A stretch of DNA of 32,000 nt from Candidatus Heimdallarchaeota archaeon (lineage in GTDB: Archaea > Asgardarchaeota > Heimdallarchaeia > JABLTI01), in contig JAUWKS010000017.1 in NCBI GenBank assembly GCA_030614005.1, forward strand, positions 1 to 32,000. Reading direction: 5' to 3'. Position 1 is the stretch's first letter; every line of letters starts with the position of its first letter. A program made the translations under genes and the position numbers. The notes beneath the pieces are model-generated. The model did no database searches and was not told the origin of the DNA. It saw only the letters and a program-made list of their open reading frames with translations. Below, in pieces: positions 7,205 through 17,530 of this stretch.

Positions 7205-9367
7205 TTATTTCGTTGTTGCTTCTTTTTTAACACTAAATTTCGTTTTGGCTTTTCCTAAAGCTTTCTTAAGATAATCTAAAACTTCAGTATGCATTCCAGA
7301 AACGAATTTTACTGTGCCAACGACTTCATGTCCTCCGCCATCAGCTCCCGCCTGAGGAATCTTCTTTTTGAGATTACCAATTATTTTTGGAAAGTTAATA
7401 ATAGCGTCTCTTGATCTTAGAATAACAAAATCTGGACCAACTCCTAAAGTAATAACAGCTTTCTCAGGTTCTCTTGTACAAATAGTATCATGAACTGCAC
7501 CAGTAGTTTTACCGGGATTTGGAAATTCAAAACGAGGAGAGTATGCCTCAATATCTAAAGTAACTAAAACTGCATCGTTTGGTAGTATCTCTTCTTTAAT
7601 GTGTGTCATACTAATAGCTAACTGTTTATCCATTGCTGTTTTTGCTTCAGAATAAAGAAAGTCAACAAGTTCAATATGATTTTTAGAATTGAGATCATTA
7701 ATACCAAAAATACTGTCAACGATGTTTTTCCCATCAGCAAATCTAAGGAAATATTGTTCATAATCAATCGCTAAAGCTATTTTGCGGATGAATTCTTCCG
7801 TTAAACCCTTTTTCTTGGCGATTTTCATGTATTGTTTTATTTCAGGGCCAGATACTCTATCTGCTGCACCAGCAATAGCAGCTAAATAATCGATTTTATC
7901 AGAAATTTTTGGATTGATTATTCTTGCAAGTTCTACACCTAACATTCCAGCACAAAGATTGTAGTCTCCGCCTACGTAGTAAGGATTAGCATGGATTTCC
8001 ACATTTTCTTTAATAATTTTTTCTGGAAAATGATGATCCAACACACAGACATTGATACCAAATAATTTCGCCATATTTATTGATGCAAGGCTCTCATGTG
8101 AACTACCTAAATCTAATAGAATCACAAAAGGCAGTTTATCACCAAATTTAATTGCATCTTGAAGAGCATAATCAAGATCTTTTGTCACATCAATAAAATC
8201 CCAAAAAGGTGATTTCGAGGGAGAGCGTTTTACACGGAATTTTACGGATTCGGCTTGTTCTTCCATTATCAAAGATAGAATAGCATGTTCTACCGCAACG
8301 GCACTTGAAATGCCATCTGTATCTGCATGATGCCTAAGAAGGATTGGTGTTCCATCATAAATAGCACGCCGTATTAGCTTTGCTAGCTTGTAAAGATCTG
8401 GTTTCATCTTTTCTAAAATTTCATTTTTTATTAGGAAAGGTATTTTTTCTGGTTCTGATTTCTTATTCAAAACTTGCTCAATACGTTCCAATATCACTTT
8501 GGTTTCTTCATCACCGGCTTCAATCATATCTTGAATTTCAATTTGTAACATATCACGATGTGTATTGACAGTTCCCACAACTTCAACAATATCACCCACT
8601 TCAATTGTTTGGTAAGGATTTTCTTCTGTTGGTTTGATAAATGCTGCACCAGCAATTGAACCTGTTTCGTCTGTAAAATTATACGAGATAGGTCCTGAAG
8701 TTTTTCTTATTTGTGAAACTTTTCCTTGAAGAAGCACTGTTTTATTTTGCAATCGCCTTGTAATAGAAGAAATTTTGAAGCGATCCATTTGATCTCGTTT
8801 TACACCATGCCTATATTCTTTCAAAGTGGCAGGAGTCAATTCCAATTTCCCATCTCGAGTTTTATCGTTAACGTAAACAATTATTTTCTTACCAATATCC
8901 TTTCTTTGAAGACCTTTGAGGTTTTTAGTTCGAATAAGACCTTCAACACCAGGGAAGAGTTCTGCAAAAACACCGAAATCTTTGAAATGTTTGACTTTAG
9001 CATGAAAGTATGTTCCAACTCTGATGGTTCTAGTACTACAAGGTGGTTTTAAAACAAAAACAATTGGCGATTCTTTACATTCAGAACAGAGTACATTGCC
9101 ATGTCCTTCTGGAAGGCGCTCCAGAATTTTTTTGTCACAGGAATCACAGAGGACTATCGTTCCTGTTCCATTGCAGACAGTACATTTCTTCTTTTTGATT
9201 AAGGTACCTGCTCCTTTACAAGTTTTACATTTATTATCATTTGTTGAAGACCCAAAGGAAGAGAGAACGATTTTTGTGCTTCCCAATCCTTTGCAATCTG
9301 GGCACGTTTTATCTGAAATAACTTCATTTCCTGTTCCCCTGCATGTAGGGCATTTTGTGGAACCCAT
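7205..9367 (-). CDS. Archaeal RecJ-like DHH phosphoesterase with DnaJ-type Zn finger, S1 and OB domains (COG1107-like)
   Basis: Four CxxCxGxG repeats, S1 (FGVFAELFPGVEGLI), OB fold (DETGSI), HHADTDG, LLDLGS, LDHH, GGGH. ATG at 9367 follows AAGTGA. Confidence 0.9.
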   Translation of the reverse strand: MGSTKCPTCRGTGNEVISDKTCPDCKGLGSTKIVLSSFGSSTNDNKCKTCKGAGTLIKKKKCTVCNGTGTIVLCDSCDKKILERLPEGHGNVLCSECKESPIVFVLKPPCSTRTIRVGTYFHAKVKHFKDFGVFAELFPGVEGLIRTKNLKGLQRKDIGKKIIVYVNDKTRDGKLELTPATLKEYRHGVKRDQMDRFKISSITRRLQNKTVLLQGKVSQIRKTSGPISYNFTDETGSIAGAAFIKPTEENPYQTIEVGDIVEVVGTVNTHRDMLQIEIQDMIEAGDEETKVILERIEQVLNKKSEPEKIPFLIKNEILEKMKPDLYKLAKLIRRAIYDGTPILLRHHADTDGISSAVAVEHAILSLIMEEQAESVKFRVKRSPSKSPFWDFIDVTKDLDYALQDAIKFGDKLPFVILLDLGSSHESLASINMAKLFGINVCVLDHHFPEKIIKENVEIHANPYYVGGDYNLCAGMLGVELARIINPKISDKIDYLAAIAGAADRVSGPEIKQYMKIAKKKGLTEEFIRKIALAIDYEQYFLRFADGKNIVDSIFGINDLNSKNHIELVDFLYSEAKTAMDKQLAISMTHIKEEILPNDAVLVTLDIEAYSPRFEFPNPGKTTGAVHDTICTREPEKAVITLGVGPDFVILRSRDAIINFPKIIGNLKKKIPQAGADGGGHEVVGTVKFVSGMHTEVLDYLKKALGKAKTKFSVKKEATTK

Positions 9368-9554
9368 ATTAATCACTTCATTCAGTATTTACAATAAAAA
9401 AAGCATTGTACCTATTTTCAAGCTTTCTATTTGACTAAAAAATAAGATGATGAAAACGAAATTTTTGTCCTTCTGAAAAGTATATATGAGCTAAATCAAA
9501 AGGAAATGTAGAACATCACATCTAATGGTACATTTGAAGGAGAATAATTAGTCA

Positions 9555-11600
9555 ATGGTCCCATCAAAACAAAATGGAAAAAGTGAAAAAACGGATCAAA
9601 AGGATATAGAAGAAATCCCTTCAAATGAAAAGTCAAAAGAATTAGATGAAGAAGAATTAGATACAGAAGAATTGGACGATTTCTTATTAAGTAAATGGAA
9701 GAAGACAAAAACTTTAGCTAAAAATGCTTGGCATGAATTTGTTGATGATATAAAGCACCCGAAAAAAGCTTTTGTTGAGTTAATAAAAAATAAACAATTT
9801 ATTACTACTGTTTTAGCAATAGTAGTTGGTATTATTGGCGCTCTTGCTGCCTGGGGGTTTGATTGGTTAAGTGTTGGAGCTGATTATGTTTTTATGGGGC
9901 AGCTATTCGGATTAATGAACTCTAATTTTAATAGTTGGAAATTTCTAGCGATAATTTTTACTCCATTCATTGTTTCGCTTTTTACCGCACCAATTCTTTG
10001 GAAATATAACCCCGAATCCAAAGGTTCAGGTATTCCTCATGTTATGGAATCTATTGCTTTAAATGATGGAGCTATGAGGAGAAGAACCCCTTTCATTAAG
10101 ATGGTTACATCTGCAGTTAGTGCTGGTGGTGGTTTAAGTGTTGGAAGAGAAGGACCCATAACTCAAATAGGGGCAGGTTTTAGTGCTAGCATTGCACGTT
10201 TTGTTGGACTGCATGGAAGAAATATGCGCATCATTGTTATCGCTGGCCTTTCTGCAGGAATTTCAGCTACGTTCAAATCACCAATAGGTGGAGCACTGTT
10301 TGGTATCGAAATCCTTCTTGTATCGTTAGTTGCAGATGAAATTGTACCAATAATAATCGCATCATTAACCGCATCTACTCTCAGTTCATTAATTGATATC
10401 TTGAAATTATCACCAAATAGCTCTGGATTTCCAGAGCCGTCCTTCAATGTTGAAGCGTTAAGAAATCTGGATTGGACATCATACATTTACGATTTACATT
10501 GGTTCATTTTATTTGGTGTTATAGCAGGCATTGTAGGTGTGCTTTATACTAAATTTTTCCATTTAACAAAAGCTATTTTTAAAAGATTACCAATACGGGG
10601 ATTGTTTATACCTATCCTCGGGGCATTGCTTACAGGGTTAGTGTCTCTTGGAAGTCCAAAAGATGTAAATGGTGTACCGCTTATTTTTGGAGCAGGATAT
10701 ACGACTATAACAAACATTCTCAGTAATTCAGATGAGCTTAGTACACAGAACCCGTTTAACTCAATGTTAATTTTTCTTCTCTTACTAATACTTCTGAAAA
10801 CAATTGTAACTTCATTCTCAGTTGGTTCAGGTAACCCAGGTGGGATCTTTGCTCCTGCACTATTTATCGGTGCTTGTACAGGTAGTCTCTTTGCAAATGG
10901 CATCAATTCTGCCTTTGGGGCGAATGTGAATGTCTCAGTTTTTGCACTAGCAGGTTTAGCGGCAGTTTTTGCCGGAGCAACTCGAGCTCCTTTAACAATG
11001 ATATTTATGGGCGCAGAAATGACGGGAAATATTATGTTAACAATACCCTTGATGCTTACGTGCAGTGTAAGTTATTTAATTTGCCGAGGATTGATGAAAG
11101 AATCAATTTACACAAAAGCTCTTGCAGATAAAGGACTTAAAATCACATTAGGCGGAAATGTAACGATATTATCAACTACAACTGTTAAAGATATTATGAC
11201 AACAAAAGTAATAACTGTTGAACGAAAAACCACTATGAAAGAAGTTTGTGAGTTAGTGGAATCTGATGGTCCTTTTGGTTATCCAGTAATTGATGAACAA
11301 AAGAAACTCATAGGAATGATTTCACTATCCGATATACGGAGAGCTAAAATGAAAGGTGAGTTGGAAAAATTAGCTCAAGACTTTTCTTCACGCAATGTTA
11401 TTGCTTTATATCAATATCAAACTGTTGATGAGGCAATCAATATTTTGAATCGAAGGGGTATCAAACGCGCTCCAGTACTAGATTCACCTGAGAATGGAAT
11501 ACTAGTTGGGATATTATCCAAAACTGATATTCTCCGAAGCTTCGAAAGGCAGAAATTCAAACAGATTAAAAAGAAGACTGACTGCAATCAAGGACATTAG
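9555..11600 (+). CDS. CLC-family chloride channel/transporter with a CBS pair (paralog 1, GSGIP)
   Basis: GSGIP, GREGP, GGIFAP, ESIY signature motifs; C-terminal CBS domains; acidic N-terminal extension. Confidence 0.93.
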   Translation: MVPSKQNGKSEKTDQKDIEEIPSNEKSKELDEEELDTEELDDFLLSKWKKTKTLAKNAWHEFVDDIKHPKKAFVELIKNKQFITTVLAIVVGIIGALAAWGFDWLSVGADYVFMGQLFGLMNSNFNSWKFLAIIFTPFIVSLFTAPILWKYNPESKGSGIPHVMESIALNDGAMRRRTPFIKMVTSAVSAGGGLSVGREGPITQIGAGFSASIARFVGLHGRNMRIIVIAGLSAGISATFKSPIGGALFGIEILLVSLVADEIVPIIIASLTASTLSSLIDILKLSPNSSGFPEPSFNVEALRNLDWTSYIYDLHWFILFGVIAGIVGVLYTKFFHLTKAIFKRLPIRGLFIPILGALLTGLVSLGSPKDVNGVPLIFGAGYTTITNILSNSDELSTQNPFNSMLIFLLLLILLKTIVTSFSVGSGNPGGIFAPALFIGACTGSLFANGINSAFGANVNVSVFALAGLAAVFAGATRAPLTMIFMGAEMTGNIMLTIPLMLTCSVSYLICRGLMKESIYTKALADKGLKITLGGNVTILSTTTVKDIMTTKVITVERKTTMKEVCELVESDGPFGYPVIDEQKKLIGMISLSDIRRAKMKGELEKLAQDFSSRNVIALYQYQTVDEAINILNRRGIKRAPVLDSPENGILVGILSKTDILRSFERQKFKQIKKKTDCNQGH

Positions 11601-11789
11601 TCAAACAACTTTTGATTAATATAATTAATTAAAAATAGAGTTATTTTTATCGTTAGTAATAAATTAATATATTCAACCATCATTTGAAAAACAAAAGATA
11701 GATTTAAAAAATGAAATAATTGTGAAACTAATTAGATTTTGCTAGGTTAAGCAAAAAATTATTTTTTAATTTACAAGAAGGAAAAGCTA

Positions 11790-14180
11790 TTGGATGCTGA
11801 GAATCGAAATATTAGTCCCAAGGACAGCAAAGATATTTCAAATGAAGAAAAACAAGTTATTGAGGATATAAGTAAAGAAGAAGAAGAAGCAAACACAAAA
11901 TTAGTTGAAGCTGAAGAAAGGCATGGTAAATTACAGCACTTGTTTCAAATGGGATTCATTAACACTTTGAAAACTGTTTGGTGTTCTATAAGACATCCAA
12001 AGCAATTCTTTCAAGTTTTATTTAGACAACGCTCACTTCTTATTTACATGATTGCGATTCTTTCAGGTTTAGTTGGCGCAGGCGCTGCATGGGTATTTAG
12101 TAATTATATTTCTCTTGCAAGAATTTTATTTTACGGATTAATTTACAACAATGCTGGTATTGCCCAATTGCTGATGATTGTGCTCCTACCAACTTTAGCA
12201 GCAGCAATAACTGCGCCAATACTTAATAAATGGGCTCCTGAAGCAAAAGGACATGGAATTCCAGAAGTCATGGAGAGTATCATTTTCGAAGATGGATATA
12301 TCAAAACCACTACTCCATATCTAAAAATGGCTCTATCGGGGATTTGTATAGGAGGAGGTCTGAGTTTAGGAAGAGAAGGACCTATCGCACAAATCGGTGG
12401 AGGCTTTAGTTCTTTCTTAGGCAGAAAACTGGGTCTTAGAGGTAGAAGCATTAAGACGGTTGTTGTTTGTGGACTTGTTGCAGGTATTTCTGCAACTTTC
12501 AATGCTCCAATTGGTGCAGCACTTTTTGGATTAGAAATACTAATTATTTCATTAAGTGCAGATCAGCTAATCCCAATAATTCTTTCTTCTTTAATTGCAA
12601 ATATAGTTGGTAGATTTATTCTAGACACAGGTTCTAAACCAATTTTTGAAATTCCTACAGAATTAACTCAAATAGCATTCAATGATTATATACCATATCT
12701 TCATTGGTTCTTATTATTGGGCGTTGTTGCAGGTTTAGTTGCAATTCTATATACAAAATCATTAGGTATAATTGAAAAGGTTGTTCACAAGATAAAAAGA
12801 GTACCTGTTGTTGTTTGGCCTATTGCTGGTGGTTTTCTCACAGGTTTAATAGGTCTTCTTTCGCCAAGAGTACTATCACAAGATCTACACTTCTCCCCTT
12901 TTGGTGGGGAAGGATCTGTTTTTAGTATTGATAATGTGGAAGGTATACCTAGGATTTTTGGCGTTGGTTATGAAACAATCACAGCTTTATTTGCAAATGA
13001 CCCAATTGAAAATTCTTGGACAATGTTTGGTGGCGGAGTGTTGGTGGTTTTAATTCTTTTATTATTACTGAAAATACTAGCTACAGGTTTTTCTGTTGGA
13101 ACCGGAAATTCAGGAGGTGTTTTTGCACCAGCATTAGTTATTGGTGCTACAACAGGTTATGGTTTTGCTTTTGTATTGAATTCAGTAATTCCCGCATTAA
13201 ACTTTACTAAACAGGATTTTGCCTTATTCACTTTGGTAGGTTTTGCTGCGGTGTTCTCAGGGTCGTCTCGAGCTGTACTAACAATGATTTTCATGGCTTC
13301 AGAAATGACTCATTCATATCACACCTTTATTCCATTAATGATAACATGTACCATTAGCTACTTTATGAGTAAAGCTACTATGAAAGAGAATATCTATACT
13401 CAGAAACTCTTGATTAGAGGTATAAATATTTCAATGGCAGGACCAACTGATTTATTGGAAACATACAAAGTGAAGGACATTATGACAACTAATGTAATTT
13501 GTGTTCCTGAACATATGAAAATGAGCGAGTTTGATTCGCTAGTAAATACTATGGATCATCTTGGTTATCCAATCATTAATTTGAAAGGAGAATTTCTTGG
13601 TATTGTTACTACAACGCATTTGAAGTTGGCACTAAATAACAATCTAATGGATTCAACAGTTCTAGAAGCAGGAAATGCAAAACCATATGTACTTTTTCCA
13701 GACGAAACTGTTAATCAAGCAATGAGCTTGCTCTACCGTTCGGATATTGGTCGAATAGCAATTCTCGACAATCCAAGTACAAGAAATCTTGTTGGAATAG
13801 TTTCTAATTCAGATATTATGAAATGCTTGGAAATGCAAAGACTGAAGGATCTTGAGGAACGAAGATTTGCTGATAAAAAATTAGTAGAAGCAGAATTACA
13901 AATGGTTGAAAAAGCGATTAAAAATTATCCCGAATTAGCGGAAAAAGTGAAAGTTATTAGCAGAAAGGAAAAACATCGATTTATAGAAAAGGACTTGCTT
14001 GTATTTCTTAGAGAAGAATGTGAAGAAAAAGTTATGAAAGATTGCTTAGAAGAGAAATATAAAGAGCATATCACAACAAATAAGAAAAAAATTAGAGCTA
14101 AGAAAAAAGGAAAAAGAAGAAAGAAAAATGTCCCTCCAGAACAATCTAATAAACAAGAAGAGGAGACAACAGATAACTGA
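11790..14180 (+). CDS. CLC-family chloride channel/transporter with a CBS pair (paralog 2, GHGIP)
   Basis: GHGIP, GREGP, GGVFAP, ENIY; CBS pair; charged C-terminal tail; TTG start. Confidence 0.93.
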   Translation: MDAENRNISPKDSKDISNEEKQVIEDISKEEEEANTKLVEAEERHGKLQHLFQMGFINTLKTVWCSIRHPKQFFQVLFRQRSLLIYMIAILSGLVGAGAAWVFSNYISLARILFYGLIYNNAGIAQLLMIVLLPTLAAAITAPILNKWAPEAKGHGIPEVMESIIFEDGYIKTTTPYLKMALSGICIGGGLSLGREGPIAQIGGGFSSFLGRKLGLRGRSIKTVVVCGLVAGISATFNAPIGAALFGLEILIISLSADQLIPIILSSLIANIVGRFILDTGSKPIFEIPTELTQIAFNDYIPYLHWFLLLGVVAGLVAILYTKSLGIIEKVVHKIKRVPVVVWPIAGGFLTGLIGLLSPRVLSQDLHFSPFGGEGSVFSIDNVEGIPRIFGVGYETITALFANDPIENSWTMFGGGVLVVLILLLLLKILATGFSVGTGNSGGVFAPALVIGATTGYGFAFVLNSVIPALNFTKQDFALFTLVGFAAVFSGSSRAVLTMIFMASEMTHSYHTFIPLMITCTISYFMSKATMKENIYTQKLLIRGINISMAGPTDLLETYKVKDIMTTNVICVPEHMKMSEFDSLVNTMDHLGYPIINLKGEFLGIVTTTHLKLALNNNLMDSTVLEAGNAKPYVLFPDETVNQAMSLLYRSDIGRIAILDNPSTRNLVGIVSNSDIMKCLEMQRLKDLEERRFADKKLVEAELQMVEKAIKNYPELAEKVKVISRKEKHRFIEKDLLVFLREECEEKVMKDCLEEKYKEHITTNKKKIRAKKKGKRRKKNVPPEQSNKQEEETTDN

Positions 14181-14330
14181 TATCAGGTACTCTTTCTTTT
14201 TCTAGTTTTTTCTTCAACCATCTATTTTTACACAATATTTCTGTTCGATTTTATACTAAAAAGGACATTTAAAAACCAAAAGGTTTCTTTTAAAACAATT
14301 GAACTATATTTGATAAAGGTGAAATAAAAT

Positions 14331-14723
14331 ATGAAAATAAATCAATTATTAGCAGATATGAGAAATGTTGACATTCGTTTTCGTGTAATCCAAAAAGGTG
14401 AACCTAGAGAGATTTCTTCAGCAGATGGTAAGGAGTTACAGCTAGCAGAAGTAGAAGTAGGTGATGATACAGGGAGAATTTTCCTTACGTTATGGGATAA
14501 AAGTATAGAAATGTTGGATGAAGGAGATATTGGTGAAGTTAAAAACGGATTCATAAAAGTTATTCGAAACGAATTAAGGCTAAATGTAGGCAAATATGGA
14601 GAACTTGTGAAAGTTGAAGAGGCAAAAGATTTTGTTTTAACAGAAAAAATACCAGATGATTTTCCAGCTCCACCAGATGACTATAAACCGAAATTTAAAA
14701 AACGATATCAAAGAAGATATTAA
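14331..14723 (+). CDS. ssb: Single OB-fold ssDNA-binding protein (crenarchaeal SSB / hSSB-like)
   Basis: VGDDTGRIFLTLWD and LNVGKYG match the Sulfolobus SSB-type VGDETGRVKLTLWG pattern; AGGTGA SD. Confidence 0.85.
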   Translation: MKINQLLADMRNVDIRFRVIQKGEPREISSADGKELQLAEVEVGDDTGRIFLTLWDKSIEMLDEGDIGEVKNGFIKVIRNELRLNVGKYGELVKVEEAKDFVLTEKIPDDFPAPPDDYKPKFKKRYQRRY

Positions 14724-14746
14724 TTGTTATCAAAAAAAATACCTTT

Positions 14747-14770
14747 GGGGAAATATCCCCTTTAATTTTT
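14747..14770. terminator. Hairpin and T-tract between convergent ssb and aRF1
   Basis: GGGGA-AATA-TCCCC followed by TTTAATTTTT; an A-run lies upstream. Confidence 0.45.
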
Positions 14771-14776
14771 ATTTTG

Positions 14777-16030
14777 TTATATTTCCCGAACAGGATAACG
14801 AAGTAAAGCTACTAGCCCACCAAAAGATTTGAAGAGAATCATACCTTCCTCAGTATCGATACTAATGATTTCAATTTCAGCTCCAGAATCTAATGCTTTT
14901 TTGCCAATTTCAGCAACAAAATCCTCTGTTTCATCGATGGTTAGTCTAGAGCTATTACATTCGAGACAATTGCTTTTGAGTAAATCCTCTTCGTAAGCAA
15001 CCAAACGCTTAGCTTTTACATTATCCTGCCTTGAAAAACCACACTGCGGACAGGCGACTTTAACTCGGAATACATCCATTTCTTCGCTGATTAATAACCT
15101 CTTTACAGCACCTAGTTCTATTGCTTTCAGTACTTCTTTTTGACCATAAGCAACCATACCAGTATCTTGACCTAATTCTCTAAGAAAAATTTGGACAAAT
15201 TCCTTTTCTTCAAGATATCGAACATCTTTAAGCAGTTCAGTTGACTTTTCCATCATTTCACGAATGCCTTGTTCACCAGTGTAACCAACATCAACTGTTC
15301 CAATGACTTTGTCTACTAATCGATAATCAAGATTGTTTCCTCTGACGAAAAGGTCTTTGGCGAGTGCAGGTCCACCAACAACTATACCTCTCAAATCAGG
15401 AACTTCAAGAAATAATTTGCTAGCAATAACACCTGCTCGTTTCAAATGCTCTTGAGCAAGAACCTCAGTTCCTCTTTGTATTCTCCTTTGTGACTGTCCA
15501 CCTTTGCCATGTTTTCCAGGAACAAAGGAACTCATATTCCGCAAAAAGGTCATGTGATTCCCACGGAGAAGAGCGTAAGCAGCGCTTTTACGATCAACTA
15601 CCATTAAACCATATTGCTCTTTTTCTACTAATTGCTCTCGTAAATGCTCTGTATGAAAACGTGAATCACAAACATACATTTTACGAGTAATTGGGTCTGC
15701 AGGAGTTATTGGCCAATATTCAATTTTACCTGTTTCTGTTTGGCCACAGAAAATTACTAAACCATTTTTAGGTAAAGTTTTTAGTTGTTTTAATCGACTT
15801 AAAATACTTGAAAGTGCAGCAGTAACAGCCTTACCTGTTTGTTTGCTCTTAATATTTGCAGCAGTACCTCTTTCGTCAGTCAGCTGGTTCGTAACATCAG
15901 GTAGAGAAGTTCCATGAGGCATATACAATGTTACTAAGCATGTTGCACCATTGAATGATTTTTTTCTCTCTAATCTTTCGATGCTTTGTTTTATTTTATA
16001 GATTTCAAATGATGAAGCTGAATCTGACAT
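14777..16030 (-). CDS. prf1: Archaeal peptide chain release factor aRF1
   Basis: GTAANIKS, YVCDSRF, GKHGKGGQSQRR, AYGQKEV; zinc-ribbon insert (CPQC...CLEC). Confidence 0.95.
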   Translation of the reverse strand: MSDSASSFEIYKIKQSIERLERKKSFNGATCLVTLYMPHGTSLPDVTNQLTDERGTAANIKSKQTGKAVTAALSSILSRLKQLKTLPKNGLVIFCGQTETGKIEYWPITPADPITRKMYVCDSRFHTEHLREQLVEKEQYGLMVVDRKSAAYALLRGNHMTFLRNMSSFVPGKHGKGGQSQRRIQRGTEVLAQEHLKRAGVIASKLFLEVPDLRGIVVGGPALAKDLFVRGNNLDYRLVDKVIGTVDVGYTGEQGIREMMEKSTELLKDVRYLEEKEFVQIFLRELGQDTGMVAYGQKEVLKAIELGAVKRLLISEEMDVFRVKVACPQCGFSRQDNVKAKRLVAYEEDLLKSNCLECNSSRLTIDETEDFVAEIGKKALDSGAEIEIISIDTEEGMILFKSFGGLVALLRYPVREI

Positions 16031-16223
16031 TAGTGTTCCAACTCAAACGGAGTTATTATAATTCATTTTATTATTGCTACTAGTTCCTTTATTGGACAAT
16101 ATATAAATGTTGATACTAATAATGAAGCAATCTTTTTATTTGTTTGAAGAATAATTTGAAAATGAATTCTTAAAAACACTCCTAGCTGTTTTTTTATGAA
16201 GACATATTTTAGGTGAAATCTAA

Positions 16224-16889
16224 ATGAATAGAAAAATTGGGTTAATTCCAGGAACGGGCAAACAGAGTAAAGGCATAGCACTAAGATTAGCACTGGCAGG
16301 TTGTTCAGTTATTCTTGGTTCACGAACAAAAGAAAAAGCAGTTCTTGCTGCAAAAGAATTAAGTGAAAAAATTCCGGAAGTCCAATTTGTTGGTGAGTCA
16401 AATGAAGAAGTAGTGAAACAATGCAACCTGCTTTTTTTTGCTGTACCTTATCAACATATGGTTGATACAATAGAAAAGCTAAAACCATTCCTTCAACCAG
16501 ATACTATTCTAGTAGATGTTATCGTACCTCTAACGTTTCAAGGAGGTCTTGCTCATTGCTCCGATGAGGTACCAAATAATTCTGCAAGTGAATATTTGCA
16601 AAGTCTTGTTCCAGAAGGAATAGCTGTTGTTGGAGGATTCAAAACAGTTTCTGCATCTAAATTGAACAAAATAAATGAACCATTAAATGTTGACCTTTTC
16701 TTAACTGGTGATAATAAAGAAGCAAAACAAGAAATCAAAGAGATTTTATCAAAGATAACCGGTTTAAGAGCACTAGATGCGGGTCCATTGTCTTTTTCCA
16801 GAACAACAGAACAGATGACAGCATTAGTCATAAATCTAAATAAATTGAATAAATTGAAACATGGGTCATTTCGAATCATTACTATCTGA
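16224..16889 (+). CDS. npdG: F420-dependent NADP+ oxidoreductase (Fno/NpdG family)
   Basis: GTGKQSKGIALRLA, LGSRTKEKA, FAVPY, VDVIVPL, VVGGFKTVSA, LDAGPL; AGGTGA SD. Confidence 0.85.
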   Translation: MNRKIGLIPGTGKQSKGIALRLALAGCSVILGSRTKEKAVLAAKELSEKIPEVQFVGESNEEVVKQCNLLFFAVPYQHMVDTIEKLKPFLQPDTILVDVIVPLTFQGGLAHCSDEVPNNSASEYLQSLVPEGIAVVGGFKTVSASKLNKINEPLNVDLFLTGDNKEAKQEIKEILSKITGLRALDAGPLSFSRTTEQMTALVINLNKLNKLKHGSFRIITI

Positions 16890-16903
16890 TTCTAGAATCA
16901 GCT

Positions 16904-17530
16904 TTATTCACTTGAAGTATAGTCAATAAAAATGATCGAAACTAAGTCATTTTCCTTTATTTTTTGTAAACAATTTGGACAATAGCCTTTAGCAGAAAGC
17001 CAATTTAGAATGTGCTCCTTATGAGCATAGCTTTGGCAACAAGGTGTTCTAACTATTGTATCATCTGGTGAAAGTGCAGCTTGACAAATTGCACATAAAG
17101 CCCGTGGGGAATCGCATGAAGAGCAACTTTTCGCTTTAGATTTTATTACCTCGCCACAAGTGCTACAAGTAAAGAAAGCAGCATTCTCTTTCTTAAGTGA
17201 TAGATTAGCTTTTTTCCTTCTACGGGTATCAATTTCACTTTCTATTTGAGCTTTTGTTTTTTTATCCAGAGACTTATCTTTTAATTTAAACTCTAATTCT
17301 GCATCTGCAAGTTTCTCAAATGATTTAGAGGGAGGCTTATTTTTTTTACTATAATAGACCATTAATGCGGTTAATCCAATTGCTACAATCAACAATATTA
17401 CATCTATCGTAAAACCGTTTCCAATAATAGCCCAAGATACAATATCGCCAATCCAAATTAGAGAAGTAAAAATAGAACCCAGTACTAGGAATAGAATAAC
17501 ACCCGCATCTCTTTTTGTTTCTGTTTGAAT
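16904..17530 (-). CDS. Membrane-anchored (2 TM) zinc-ribbon plus RING-variant protein, about 208 aa; start uncertain (ATT at 17530)
   Basis: The frame is open 47 codons upstream of the called TTG (17395), back to a TGA at 17539-17537. It adds TM1 (AGVILFLVLGSIFTSLIWI). CSTC..CSSC ribbon; CAIC-x14-CC-x4-H-x2-H-x3-W-x6-CPNC RING-like pattern. Confidence 0.75.
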   Translation of the reverse strand: MQTETKRDAGVILFLVLGSIFTSLIWIGDIVSWAIIGNGFTIDVILLIVAIGLTALMVYYSKKNKPPSKSFEKLADAELEFKLKDKSLDKKTKAQIESEIDTRRRKKANLSLKKENAAFFTCSTCGEVIKSKAKSCSSCDSPRALCAICQAALSPDDTIVRTPCCQSYAHKEHILNWLSAKGYCPNCLQKIKENDLVSIIFIDYTSSE

